From assembly GCA_964016885.1 (NCBI GenBank), contig OZ024741.1, forward strand, positions 295,678,001 to 295,742,000: 64,000 nt of DNA, read 5' to 3'. Position 1 is the stretch's first letter, and each line of letters starts with the position of its first letter. This document shows, piece by piece, positions 24,546 through 38,214 of this stretch. Source of the DNA: Eledone cirrhosa (taxonomy: Eukaryota). Position numbers and translations under genes: made by a program. Below the pieces are notes generated by a model. The model did not search any database. It was given only the letters and a program-made list of their open reading frames with translations, and had not been told where the DNA came from.

Positions 24546-26823
24546 ATGCTTGAACGTAAGGAGGTCGATGTTTGTTGTATTCAAGAGACCAGGTGGAGGG
24601 GTGGGTCTGCTAGGTTCATTGAGGGTAAAAAACGATGTTATAAGCTTTTCTGGGTGGGAAACGACGATGGGCTGGGTGGAGTAGGAATCATGGTAGCAGA
24701 AAAGTGGGCAGATAAGATAATAGACGTAAATAGAGTGAACGACAGAATAATTAAAATACGACTTGTCCTCAATAGAACTACGGTGACAGTAATATCTGCG
24801 TACGCACCCCAATCCGGACTGCCCGGCACTATAAAAGACAGATTCTATGAGACACTGATGCTAACTACCTCCCAAATATCCGACAGTGACTATATAATTA
24901 TCGCAGGCGACCTAAATGGTCACGTTGGACAACATTGTGACGGCTACGACGAAATCCATGGAGGCTATGGGTTTGGTACTAGAAATGAGGAAGGCGCCAG
25001 AATCCTGGAATTCTGTGTTGCAAATAACCTAACTATCTGTAACACTAACTTCAAAAAACGTGACAATCACCTGATCACCTATAGATCCGGGGAACACACA
25101 AGCCAGGTAGATTATATCCTTACCAGAAGACGTGACAGAGTGTCTGTTGTTAACACTAAATCCCTCCCCCATGAAGAATGCACCTCCCAACATAGACTGA
25201 TAATTAGCGACCTCATAGTCAGGACGAGACGTACTCGACAACAGAAGAGGACTATCCTCAGGAGGAAAATATGGAAGCTAAAGGACCCACAGCCAGGAAT
25301 AAATTTTAAAGCATATTACTTGATGCTTTCGACAGTAAGGAAGAACATTTAGAGTCGGACAATATAGAGGGAGAGTGGGAATTTCTGAAAGCAAACCTGC
25401 TGTTGGCGACAGACGAGGTCTGTGGCTGGAGCAGGCCTGTAGGCAGGAGGAGAGTAACATGGTGGTGGAACAGTAAGGTGGAGGGGTCAATTAAGGCCAA
25501 AAAGCAGGCTTGGAAAGTATGGCGGGATGGGGGAAGTAGAGAGGACTATCAAGTGGCCAGGAGGGAAGCTAGGAGACAAGTGTACTTAGCAAGAAGGGAA
25601 GCTGAGGAAAGAAAGTTCAAGCATGTTCTACAACGCGATGACCAAAAACGTGAGGTGTTCAGGATTGCTAGGCAATGCGTCAAGGAAAACCGTGATATTG
25701 TCGGGGAGAAGTGTGTACTAAACGACGATGGCACACTTGCCATCACCGACGCTGATAAGAAGGTAGCTTGGAAGTGTCACTATGAAAGGCTACTAAATGA
25801 GGAGAATAATTGGGAGAAAGGCAGTCTCCCCCATATCGACCCAATAGAGGGACCAGCAGTGTTAGTCGAGGGGAGTATAATAAGTAAGGCAATCAAGGAT
25901 ATGAAGACTGGTAAGGCGGCTGGGCCTTCGGAAATAGTTGCTGAGATGCTGAAGGCATCTGGCACGGTGGGACACACCATGGTCACCCGCATAGTTAACC
26001 AAGTCGTACAGAATGGGGTTGTCCCGAAGGACTGGCATAGCAGCATCATCGTTACCTGTTATAAGGGTAAAGGAGACGCCCTAGATAGGAGTAACTATAG
26101 AGGCATTAAATTAATCGACCAGGTCATGAAGGTCACGGAAAAAGTAATAGCGCAACTAATCAGAGAGAGAATTGACCTAGATGAAATGCAGTTCGGGTTT
26201 GTGTCAGGCAAAAGTACCACAGACGCTCTTTTCATAGTACGACAACTACAGGAGAAGTACCTAGCTAAAGGTAAACCCCTCTACTTAGCTTTTGTCGACT
26301 TGGAGAAAGCCTTCGACAGAGTCCCCCGCTCCATTATCTGGTGGGCTCTTAGAAAACTAGGCGTTGACGAATGGCTTGTGAGGGCTATACAAGCCATGTA
26401 TAAAGAAACAGTCAGCAAGGTTAGAATTAACAACGAATATAGTGAAGAGTTTAGCGTAAAAGTTGGCGTCCATCAGGGCTCTGTTCTCAGTCCACTACTA
26501 TTTATTATTGCCCTTCAGGCTATAACAGAGGAATTCAAGACAGGCTGCCCATGGGAACTCCTATACGCAGACGACCTGACACTCATAGCGGAATCAATGG
26601 CCGAGCTAGAGAAGAAATTCCAAACATGGAAGCACGGCCTAGAGTCAAAAGGACTTAAAATTAACCTGGCTAAGACCAAAGTACTAGTTTGTAGGAAAGA
26701 AAACAAGGCGGCGGTCCCTTCTGGGAAATGGTCGTGCTCGGTGTGTAGGAAAGGCGTAGGTAGAAACTCCATTTTATGTCCTAAATGCAAAGTATGGGTG
26801 CATAAAAGATGTAGTGGGATCAC
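24546..26823 (+). mobile_element. RTE LINE, left arm of giant palindrome (APE + RT, ends in PHD finger)
   Basis: [36 protein letters not shown]; one frameshift ~25285; truncated at HKRCSG. Confidence 0.95.
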
Positions 26824-29138
26824 TACATCTTTTATGCACCCATACTTTGCATTTGGGACATAAAATGGAGTTTTTACCTACGCCTTTCCTACACACTGAG
26901 CATGGCCATTTCCCGGAGGGGACCGGCGCCTTATTTTCTTTCCTACAAACTAGAACTTTAGTCTTAGCCAGGTTAATTTTAAGGCCTTTTGATTCTAGGC
27001 CGTGCTTCCATGTTTGGAATTTCTTCTCTAGCTCGGCCATTGATTCAGCTATGAGCGTTAGATCATCTGCGTATAGGAGTTCCCATGGGCAGCCGGTCTT
27101 GAACTCCTCTGTTATAGCCTGAAGGGCAATAATAAATAGTAGGGGGTTAAGAACAGAGCCCTGATGGACACCAACTTTTACGCTAAACTCTTCACTATAT
27201 TCGTTGTTAATTCTAACCTTGCTGACTGTTTCTTTATACATTGCTTGTATGGCTCTCACAAGCCATTCATCAACACCTAGTTTTCTAAGAGCCCACCAGA
27301 TAATGGAACGGGTTACTCTATCGAAGGCTTTCTCCAAGTCGACAAAAGCTAAGTAGAGGGGTTTACTTTTAGCTAGGTACTTCTCCTGTAGTTGTCGTAC
27401 AATGAAAAGTGTGTCTGTGGTACTTTTGCCTGACACAAACCCGAACTGCATTTCATCTAGATCAATTCTCTCTCTGATTAGTTGTGCTATTACTTTTTCC
27501 GTGACCTTCATGACCTGGTCGATTAATTTAATGCCTCTATAGTTACTCCTATCTAGGGCGTCTCCTTTACCCTTGTAACAGTTAACGATGATGCTGCTAT
27601 GCCAGTCCTTCGGAACAACCCCATTCTGTATGACTTGGTTTACTATCCGGGTGACCATGGTGTGTCCCACCGTACCGGAGGCTTTCAGCATCTCAGCAAC
27701 TATTTCCGAGTCCCAGCCGCCTTAACCATCTTCATATCTTTGATTGCCTTACTTATTATACTACCTTCGACTAACACTGCTGGTCCCTCTATTGGGTCGA
27801 TGTGGGGGAGACTGTCTTACTCCCATTTATTCTCCTCATTTAGTAGCCTTTCGTAGTGACACTTCCAAGCTACCTTCTTATCAGCGTCAGTGATGGCAAG
27901 TACGCCATCATCGTTAAGTACACACTTCTCCCCGACAATATCACAGTTTTCCTTGACACATTGCCTAGCAGTCCTGAACACCTCACGTTTTTGGTCCTCG
28001 CGTTGTAGAACATGCTTGAACTTTCTTTCCTCTGCTTCCTTTCTTGCGAAGTACACTTGTCTCCTAGCTTCCCTCCTGGCCACTTGATAGTCTTCTCTAC
28101 TTCCCCCATCCCGCCATGCTTTCCAAGCCTGCTTTTTGGCCTTGATTGACCCCTCCACCTTACTGTTCCACCACCATGTTACTCTCCTCCTGCCTATAGG
28201 CCTGCTCCAGCCACAGACTCCGTCTGCCGCCATCAGCAGGTTCACTTTCAAGAATTGCCACTGTTCCTCTATATTGTATGTCATTAATTGCTCTTCCTTA
28301 CTGTCGAAAGCATCAAGTAATATGCTTTGAAATTTATTTCTGGCTGTGGGATCCTTTAGCTTCCATATTTTTCTCCTGGGGATAGTCCTCTTCTGCTGTC
28401 TAGTACGTCTCGTCCTGACTATGAGGTCGCTAATTATCAGTCTATGTTGGGAGGTGCATTCTTCATGGGGAGGGATTTAGTGTTTACAACAGACACTCTG
28501 TCACGTCTTCTGGTAAGGATATAATCTACCTGGCTGGTATGTTCTCCTGATCTGTAGGTGATCAAGTGATTGTCTCGTTTTTTGAAGTTAGTGTTATAGA
28601 TAGTTAGGTTGTTTGTATCACAGAATTCCAGGATCTGGAGCCTTCCTCGTTTCTAGTACCAAACCCATAGCCTCCGTGGATTCCGTCATAGCTGTCACAA
28701 TGTTGTCCAACGTGACCATTTAGGTCGCCAGCAATAATTATATAGTCACTGTCGGTTATTTGGGAGGTAGTGAGCATCAGTGTCTCATAGAATCTGTCTT
28801 TTATAGCGCCAGGCAGTCCGGATTGGGGCGCGTATGCAGATATTACTGTCACAGTAGTTCTGTTTAGAACAAGTCTTATTTTAATTATTCTGTCATTCAC
28901 TCTATTTACATCTATTATCTTATCCACCCATTTTTCTGCTAACATGATTCCTACCCCACCTATCCCATTGTCATTCCCCACCCAGAAAAGCTTATAGCAA
29001 CGTTTTTTACCCACAATGAATCTAGCAGACCTGCCCCTCCACCTAGTCTCTTGGATACAGCAAACATCAACCTCCTTACGCTCAAGCATTTCTACAACCT
29101 CGTTAGAGCGGCCTTTTAAGGTGCCTACGTTCATGGTA
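26821..29138 (-). mobile_element. RTE LINE, right arm of giant palindrome
   Basis: Same motifs on the minus strand (ORFs 26774-27691, 27817-28284, 28604-29233); frameshifts and a stop; truncated at HKRCS. Confidence 0.95.
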
Positions 29139-29199
29139 CATATATATATATATACACGGAATATATATATATATATATATACACATATATATATATACA

Positions 29200-31000
29200 C
29201 GGAACACCCGCCAATCGCCTTAGAGTCGAACAAAGAACTATCTTCATCTTACAGACCCACACTCCCCCCGGCCTGAACTCCCCACCCTCATTCCTTTAGC
29301 CTTCGACCGCCCCCCTCACCCCACACTTATCCCCCACTAACACCACTAACACACCCCTCCTTTTCACCGCCCACCCCACAACTAACAATACTAACACCTC
29401 CACTCCACTCCACCCCTCATCCAACCACCCTTCCCCAACTAACATACTAACATCCCTCCCTTCTTCTCCTCCTCCCCCTCCTTATTACACGCACACACCC
29501 ACCGGCACATATATACATGCGCTCACACTATACACACACCCTACTACCACCACTAACCCTCACCCCCACACCTCCATCCCACCACCCCGCAACTAACCTC
29601 ACTAACACCCCCTGACCCCAAGCACACGAACACACGCACCCACTTACACCACCCACCTCACACGCAACTAACATCACTAACACCCCCCAACCCCACGCAC
29701 ACGTACCCACACACCCTCGTACACCACCAACTCTACACACCCTACCACCACTAACCCCCACTCACACCTGCATTCAACCCCTCCCCCACCTCCCGTATAC
29801 TAACACCCACCCCTTCATCAAACTACACACACACCAGTACACCACACTCCCTCCATAGAACTACACACACCCTTCTCTCCCCCGCTCCACCCACACCCTC
29901 GCTCCACACTCACTCATCCCACTAACACCTCTACTAATACACACACACACACACTCTCCTCACTCCAACTTTCACACCTACCCATCCTCGCCCCTTTACC
30001 ATTCCACCGACTGCTGCTATGCCCTCTGACCACCTCCCAGCACAAACAGACACACAGCACTCCCACTGCTTTACCACTTCCTGTTGCGCACGCACCCCAC
30101 ATCTCTCCTCTTCCGACCATCTCTTCATGGAATAATCGTATGCTGAACTTGACCACCACATAATCCACTAAAGACCATAGGATTTTACCAACTTTTCAAC
30201 CATCCTCTTACGGAACCACCTATATAACTCACCCACACACACACACACCAAAAATAATTTTTTCTCCACACGCCACCTACACCCACAACACGCTTAAACC
30301 CCACACACACGTGCTTTCCACCACATATTTACACCCTCAGCCTCCTGATTCCTCTCCCCCCACCCCTCTATCCACACACGCACAGACACTCCGATCTACA
30401 CCCCCCCCCCACACACACACACACCTCTTCCTGAACATGCAACCCCGTTCTTCCCCCAACCCTTACTTTCACATCCACACACACACACACACACGTACAC
30501 CTACACACACACACCACCTTCAGCCCTCCCCGCTCGGACACCCCGTCTCCCTCTCCCCACTCCACCCTCCACCACCCCTACACACCCCACACCCTTCCAC
30601 CACCTGTTTTACCCCCCTTTTAATTTCAGTTTATTTTGATCATGCTTTTATATTTAAATTTATTTCCTTCCTTGTATTTTGATCATGCTTTATTTTTATT
30701 TTTATTTTTATTTTTATTTTTATTTTTATTTTTATTTTTATTTTTATTTTTATTTTTATTTTTATTTTTATTTTTATTTTTATTTTTATTTTTAATTTCA
30801 TTCGCACCGTTTCCTTTCGCTATATGTCTCTCCACCACTCCCCTACACACCCTTTGAACTCTGTTCCCACACACTTCTCACCTGAGGAAGGGCTTATGCC
30901 CGAAACGTCGTTCCCCACCACCACCCCACTCTCGAGAGCGTGAAATTAATAAACATTCGTTGTACTGCCTCTCTGTTTTGTTCCTGTTCAAATTTTTCCA
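29200..31000 (+). mobile_element. C/A-rich low-complexity insertion ending in a hammerhead-bearing pLTR
   Basis: Strongly G-poor plus strand, (TTTTTA)n at ~30690-30793, hammerhead at 30879, AATAAA ~30948, bounded by (TA)n. Confidence 0.6.
30879..30911 (+). ncRNA. Minimal hammerhead ribozyme motif
   Basis: AC-CTGAGGA-A-GGGC(TTAT)GCCC-GAAAC-GTC-GT; ACGT palindrome, GUC triplet, short stem I. Confidence 0.7.
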
Positions 31001-31276
31001 TTATATATATATATATACACTAATTTAAGGTATGATAACATATAATATGTATGATGATTATGTTTCTCAATAGAAAACCTCAGTGGATATTTGCCCAGAG
31101 CATCAATAATTCAAATTAAATGATATATGTATATATATAGAGAGAGAGAAAGAGCCATATATCGTTTGAGAAACGTAGCATTTTGTATATGTCAATGGAC
31201 ATGTTATTTTTATCTAAAGATATTTTTTCCAATTCCAACCCACCCATCCCCTCAATCTGTCTTATTTCTCATTCTT

Positions 31277-31312
31277 TCTTCTAATGAAGGACTAGCATCC
31301 GAAACGTTAAGA
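31277..31312 (+). ncRNA. Hammerhead motif with G5A core mutation
   Basis: TCTT-CTAATGA-A-GGA(CTAGCA)TCC-GAAAC-GTT-AAGA; stem I TCTT/AAGA, AACGTT palindrome. Confidence 0.6.
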
Positions 31313-32052
31313 CCCTCTTCCTGCTATTTCATATACTGTACCGATTGTGTTGTTATTTCTGTTTACCTTTTACATACATATATATATATATATAAAGCAC
31401 ATATTTAGGGAAAGGTACATGCTTTAAAGTGAAAAAGTTCTTATTTTCTTTACAGTATTGTTTCATAGTTTGAAAACAGAAGCAAAATTCGATCTAAGTA
31501 ATCAATTATCAAATACCAACTATCAATTTCGGTAAAGCTACAGAGAAATTGTCTTTGGATAAGTTCCAATAAAGTACAAAACACCAACAGATATAAAGGT
31601 ATATAACTGCTCCAAAGTCTTAATTTGTTGAGCTACTTATACTGTGACTAGTACTAAAAGAGATATGAATATGATCAATGCTTTCCTCAATGCCAGAGGA
31701 AACTTTTCCTACATCCTCAATAAAGTGTCAAACATAGAAGCCAAATCTCCTCCAAATCGCACACTGCACAATTCTCCCTCAATTCCACCCTGCAAAAAAT
31801 AGCAGCCAAATTTCCTTAAAATAACAGGTTACTATCTTTTAATAGAGGAAAGGACATATTGCTGGCCAGAGGTTAAAGGAGATATAAATATGATCAATGC
31901 TTTTCTCAATGTCAGGGAGAATTTTCCCTCATCTTCTAGTACAATAAAGTGTCAAACATAGATGTGAATAAATTGTGATTGAAACTGGTAGATAAACTAT
32001 TCACCATTTACTCAACTACATTCAGCAGATATATACACACACATGTATGTGC

Positions 32053-32111
<59 letters not shown>

Positions 32112-32114
<3 letters not shown>

Positions 32115-32422
32115 GTTCACAATCTTTTATTTGATATTCCAAACACCGAAAAGCTCTGAAAACCAAACATATTTTCCAGGTGTCATCTGCACACTGAAGC
32201 CCTGCTTGGTGCCAAATTTGACCCGAAACGACCCACAGTCAAACCAGGTCATGCAGTTGTGTCTCAGTGCTCCTACCATAAGCCGAGCACTCTACCACTG
32301 AACCAACCTATCCTCTGTAAAGTTTTATCTAAAAAAATGTTTATTCTACACTAAAAATCTTCCATTCCAAAATCCGAAAAGTGACTAGTCCCAAGGTTTT
32401 CTGATAAGCGATTGTGAACCTG
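32112..32422. mobile_element. pogo/Tigger-like MITE
   Basis: ~23-bp TIRs CAAGTTCACAATCTTTTAT / ATAAGCGATTGTGAACCTG, resembling Tigger4/Zombi-type ends. Confidence 0.65.
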
Positions 32423-32754
32423 TGTATATATATATATATATATCATCATCATCATCATTACCGTTTAACATCCATTTTTCCATGCTTGCATGGGTTAGAC
32501 AGGTTGGCCACGTTGGGAGACAGGCCTGGCCAAAGTTTGCCATGCTATACCATGCTCCAATGAGGACTGTAAATTTGGCTGGGGCTTTTAAAGCTGGATG
32601 CCCTTCCTAACACCACTATATATATATGGAAGTAGTGCTTGTGCTACAATAGAATGCTCTCTAAGTATACACTATGAAGTGAATGGTGTTAGGAAGAGCA
32701 TCCAGCTATAGAAACCCAGTGAAAAACTGAACATATGAGCAACATGTGCTTACC

Positions 32755-32900
32755 TGATGATATAGCTAGCCTCAGCTGGCTAGAGTGCACACTTTCGTAA
32801 AACAGTACAGAAAATGATTTCTTGTGGGTGAGATGATATGGTACCCAGACTGCTATAACAGTTTCCATGATCCTGAACTGCTGGTCATGCACCAAAAGGT
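32755..32900 (-). mobile_element. Possible mariner transposase relic
   Basis: AVWVPYHLT resembles the mariner WVPHEL motif; nothing else recognisable. Confidence 0.3.
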
Positions 32901-33269
32901 GCAGTCATCTGCAGAGTATTAGGTAATAATAGTACATATTACATAATCAGTGTAGGATTGTTTCGTCAGCAGGCGGTCGTCTCCGTGTTTAGGAAAGACA
33001 CAAAATGGTGTGCTAAGCTCTCAGTTGCTAGCAGCAAGTGATGGTAGCAGTATGCTCCTTAGTGGCACATGACATCACATAAAGAGAAGTTAAGCCAGGT
33101 CTGACCAAACATGGAATCATGTTGGCAAAATAATTCATATTGAAAATACATACACACACATAAATACATGTATAATGTGCATATGTGTATATATAATGTA
33201 GAGGGACAATTTCAACGAATAAAAGTCAAAGGAGGAATGTGTAGGGGCAAGTTGGATAGGGTAGAAGTG

Positions 33270-33870
33270 TAAGACAAAGACAAGGAGTGAGAGAGAGAAG
33301 GGAGAGAGAAGAGAGGGACAAGTGAAAGAGAGAGGGGAGGGGGAAAGAAGAGAGAGAGGGAAGAGAGAGACAAGAGAAAGAGAGAAGGAAGAGAGAGACA
33401 AAAGAAAGGGAAAGAGAAGAAAGAGAGAGAGAGAAGAGAGACAAGAGAAAGTGAGAGGGAAGGGAGAGAGAAGAGAGAAACAAGAGAGTGGGGGAAGAGA
33501 GAGATGAGACTAGAGAAAGAGAGAGAGAAGAGAAAGTGAAAGTAGAGTGGTGTAATGAAGATGAGAGAAAGGAGAGGGAGACTTAATGAGTGTTGAGAAA
33601 AGAAAGAGGTGTGAATGTTTGTATTGTGTTTCTCTAGGTGCATGTCTGTATGTGTATATGTGCCTCTGTGTGTATGTGTGTGCATGTGTATATGCATGCA
33701 TATGTGTGAATCATTGTGTATATGAGTGTATTTCTGTATATGTATGTTTGTGTGTATGTTCTGCATGCATGTGTGTGTGTCTGTATGTGTGACATGACAG
33801 TGTACATCTATATACATGTGTAAGCATGTATGTCTGTGAACATGTGTGTGTACGTGTGTACGTGTGTGTG
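33270..33870. repeat. Polypurine (GA-rich) tract followed by degenerate (TG/TATG)n
   Basis: Seen directly. Confidence 0.9.
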
Positions 33871-34049
33871 GTGAGAAACTCTAAATGAGAAATGTATGTT
33901 CAATCTAGTTTCTTTCATTAAACAGAATTACAGCCAGTGTAGAGCTAATTAATACACTGTCACGTACTAATGAGCTTACCTAATTAAACATCCTTAAAGT
34001 ACTAATATAAACATGATCCAACTGGAGAACTTCTATGTGGCCATTCACT

Positions 34050-34245
34050 CTGCTAGAAATAGTAACCAAATGTCCCCTAAATCACACCCAGCTGGAAATA
34101 GCAGCCAAATCTCCCCCAATTCTCACCCTGCAAGAATTAGCAGCCAAATCTCCCTCAAATCACATCCTGCTAGAAATAGCAATCAAATCTCCCTCAAATC
34201 ATACTCTGCTAGAAATAGTAGCCAAATATCCCTCAAATCACGCCC
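34050..34245 (+). repeat. 39-bp minisatellite, 5 copies, derived from a dispersed repeat
   Basis: Unit CTGCTAGAAATAGCAGCCAAATCTCCCTCAAATCACACC; single copies at ~11700 (rc), ~31740-31820 and ~34460. Confidence 0.85.
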
Positions 34246-34939
34246 TACTGACATAAAGATTGAAGGGCCTATTGTCTAATGTATAAGGGCCTATTGTCTA
34301 TTGTGTATATACTGGCCATAAGAAAAAAAGGTGATATGGCCATGATTGGATTGCTTTGAGGATGTGTTAGGGTTGACCTTGTTGCAAACAATAACAACAA
34401 CTGATATATAGTGAACAAATGTGAAAACAAATAAGGAACATATACAGGGTCACTCGACCTGCTTAAAACAGCAGCCAAATTTCCTTAAAATTCCAGGTTA
34501 CTAACTTTTAATAAAGAAAAGACCACATTTGTTAATTTAGTCCTATGTTTATTCTATTAGAATAAAAGACATGATAGTGTTGCTCAGAACACCTTTGATT
34601 ATATATCTGCCAGATTGAGGCTATCCTGTGGCTAAAAACAATACTGACAGTAGCTACAACAACAAAAGCAACAAACCTTAAAGACAACCAGAATTGACAA
34701 CAGCAACAACAATCCAATGGATGTGCTTATTGTGGATGAGTTGAAACTTAATAACAGGAACAACTTAATTTAATCCTTGATTATTTGTTCAGTGAAGCCC
34801 AACCAAATACCTTTCACTCATATTCTCTTTCCACATCACACCATCCATACCAACACACCTATATCTCCTATATACATCAATTCAACAATTAATACTTTGC
34901 ACCACATGTCCACACTGACACATACATTTCACCATTTAA

Positions 34940-35150
34940 ACCTTTAGCATTTACATTACTCTATATATAATATTGTATTTTCTCGGTAAAGGCTTTACCT
35001 CACATAATTATCTCACATAATATCAAATCTATGAGATTTTGATATTATTTATTTTGTGAACAATCCCTTAACATATGTATGAGTGGCCAGTTATGGCTGG
35101 TTTGAACAGAAAGAGGTGAGAGAATTCTGGCCAGTTTAAATGTTAAAGGG
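34940..35150. mobile_element. piggyBac-like MITE
   Basis: TTAA flanks with TIRs ACCTTTAGCATTTA / TAAATGTTAAAGGG. Confidence 0.65.
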
Positions 35151-35309
35151 TTAAAGTTAAACTCTGTTTCAGGCTTAGAGGCTCATGTGGTCAGAGCTTA
35201 TCCTGATTTCATGTGGCATTAACACTTTTGATACCAGCCTGTCACTGGTTCCATCATCATTTTTATCCATTTTTCCATGCTTGCATGGGTTGGACGGGTC
35301 CTTCTCCAC

Positions 35310-35492
35310 ATGGCCTCTCTCCACTCATCACGTTCCTGTGTCATCTCCTCTGTGAGTCTCAGCAATTTGAGGTCAGCTCTCAAAACATCTGCCCAGGTCT
35401 TTCTTGGTCAACCTCTACTGCAGCTTCCTTCCACTGGGTTTTCCTGGCACTTCTTCACCCAGCAATCATTGTCCATGTCCATCACATGTCCA
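35310..35492 (-). mobile_element. RTE C-terminal fragment
   Basis: Homologous to GHVM..MD.D...KKC....GRPRKTW. Confidence 0.7.
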
Positions 35493-35604
35493 TGAAACAA
35501 AACAACTCATTTTAAAGGGTTCCTATTTAAATTTAAATCTTCCAACTTTATTTAACATAAGAAACCCTTGTTAAATTATATTTCAAACACCAGCTTAAAA
35601 ATGG

Positions 35605-35950
35605 TTTCTGATTTATCAACCCCATATGGATGAAAGGCTAAGCTAACCTCGGTGAGATTTGAACTCAGAACGTAAAGGGCCGTAACTCTATGCCGCTGAG
35701 CATTTGTCTGACCCTCTACTGACTCTACCAATCTACTGCCCTAAACACCATCTTAATAATTGTTTCTACTTTTGGCACAAGGCCAGCAATTACCCAGTGC
35801 ATTACTGGTAATTTATTTTATCGACCCCGTAAGGATGAAAGGCAAAGTTAACCTCGGTGGGATTTGAACTCAGAATAGCAAGGGCCGTAACTCTATACGT
35901 CAAAACATGGCGTCCGACTCTCTACCGATACTGCCAATTCACCGCCTTAA
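35605..35950 (-). mobile_element. Two adjacent Meta-type tRNA SINEs
   Basis: GGATGAAAGGC..GATTTGAACTCAGA occurs twice; near-identical to 49665-50050. Confidence 0.75.
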
Positions 35951-37949
35951 TTCACCATCTTAATAATGAAATAATTTTAGTAGATCCATGGAAAAGAAAA
36001 AGTTGGGCATCAAGAGGACCCTTCAGTCATGTCGAGGACATAACACTCTCCCTAGTGTTGGTGACCTAATAGATAACTACACCCAGTACACACTGTAAAG
36101 TGGTTGGTAATAGGAATGGCCTCCAGCCATAGAAAGCTTGCCAAACAAAGGGGTCGCAGGACCCTCAGTTGTGTTAAAGACATGACAACCTCTTCTGTAC
36201 ATTCAGTAGAACATGAGATGTAAACAAGATAACGGACCCCCTAGCTTGTCTGGGAGGTCAGTAGCCCTGCTTCAGTACTGACATCGTCTATGTAGACTCA
36301 TCTAATCCTTGCTAGCATGGAAAGTGGACATTAAAATGATGATGAAATCCCTCAAAATCTTCATTCATTAATGCAAATACAGTGTATTTAATTATAAGTA
36401 TGGTAATGAAAGGGTTAAACAACCAGGATGGAACACCAGTCTGTTGTAAAGTTAACCACTAACTGTTGCTATTGGTACTAATTTTTTCAGTTCATTGGAC
36501 TGGAGCAACATGAAATGCTTAGCTCACGGGCACAATACACTACCCAATCTAGGGAGCAAACCTTATAATCATCAGCCAAACAACCTAACCACTAGACTGT
36601 GCTCCTTTATTCATCTTATCTACCTCCTGCCAAGATTTACTGGTATTTTTAAGCTCTGGACTTCTGATGGATTTGTAGTGGTTCCATTGTGACATACAGC
36701 ATATCTTAGGCATTTAAACATAAGCAGAACACATACCTCTCCATGTTTAAACATAGCAAATTTCTTCCTGAGCAAAAGAGAGAAAGAAAGTTGGGAGGAG
36801 AAAAGAATTATCCTCAGTATTGGAATGGTATTTAATTTCTCAATCTTGAATGGATAAAAGGCAAAGTTGACCTCATTGGGGTTTGAACTATGAACACAGA
36901 GAGCCAGAAAAGATACCATAAAGCATTTTATAAAACATTCTAACAACTTTGCTACTTTGGCACTTTAATCATTTCAACCACATTCAAACATTGCAACCAC
37001 AGTCAAACATTGCAACCACAGTCAAACATTGCAACCACAGTTGAACATTCCTGACAAAGTTTCTCCCCAATTCATGATTTTTCATTGCTTCTGGCAAAGG
37101 CTCCCTAAAGAGGTTTGTATTGTCTGAGACCTGATTGATGGATTTTCAAGTAGGTCTTCTTCCACTGTGTCTCCCATGAGTTGGTTCCCACTATTAACAC
37201 CCAGTAACTACCCCATTAAAATTACATATCCAATGAATCATAAATACCTCATTTCTGTTAGGCTCCTATATATGAGGGGACATAAATTTATTTTGTCATT
37301 TAACCGTTATGTGATTTTCCAAAGATTGCAGAACCCTATCATCATAATTTTTACGTCTGGGGAATGTATCTTATATTTTTGAGAAAGTAGTGTTTGGTCT
37401 GATTTGATATAATTTGACTATTGTTTCGAATCCTAGTAGTTTGAAATGTTGTTGTTGTTGTTAGTGGTGGTGGTGATGTTATATCTTATATCATTTATAA
37501 TAAAATCTTAGCAATTATATATATATATATACAAATGAATATATGATAGGATAAACACTGATACGAGTATACATGTGTTCGTATTGCAAATGACCAAGTT
37601 AGCTAGATTGCAAAATACTAATTAAAATAATACGGTTTGCCTGTCTCTATTTAAAATAATAAATCAATAAAAACAAACCTATATTGGCAAAAGCCGTGAT
37701 ACCTGGACAAATTTAAATTTTAAATTTCAAATTTGTTTCGCAACAATTAAGTGCAAGTTCCTATTTCTGTGCTCTTCTGCAGGTATCCAGAAATTAGTAA
37801 GTTTCACTTCAAAATACTTAAGAAGGCTGAGAGAAATGTGTTTTTTAACGCACATGTGTCACAGTGTCTAGCACGTCCTATACTCGTGCCGCTAAAAATA
37901 GCAGCCGGTTTTATGGGACTAAAAATTAGCTCAACGCATGGAGCCGAGA

Positions 37950-38059
37950 ATATTATATATAGAGTAATAAACTCAAATAGTCTTTTACAATTAAATAGCT
38001 CAAAGAAAGGAATATTTCTGAGCTATTTAATTGTAAAAGACTATTTGAGTTTATAACTC

Positions 38060-38071
<12 letters not shown>
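37950..38071. repeat. ~53-bp-arm hairpin running into (TA)n
   Basis: 37950-38002 / 38019-38071 with about one mismatch. Confidence 0.85.
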
Positions 38072-38150
<79 letters not shown>

Positions 38151-38214
38151 TATATATATATATAATAGAGTTTATAACTCTATATATAATATATATATAA
38201 TATATATATATAAT

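Noticed and set aside
23121-24812. Long YI/IY-rich ORFs (also at 7256-7582, 43438-44448, 51795-52190)
   Set aside because: Translations of (TA)n/(CA)n microsatellites, not genes
26818-26821. GATC at the RTE palindrome centre as a Hi-C ligation artefact
   Set aside because: The junction is not GATCGATC and GATC is native element sequence; an assembly artefact still needs exclusion by reads
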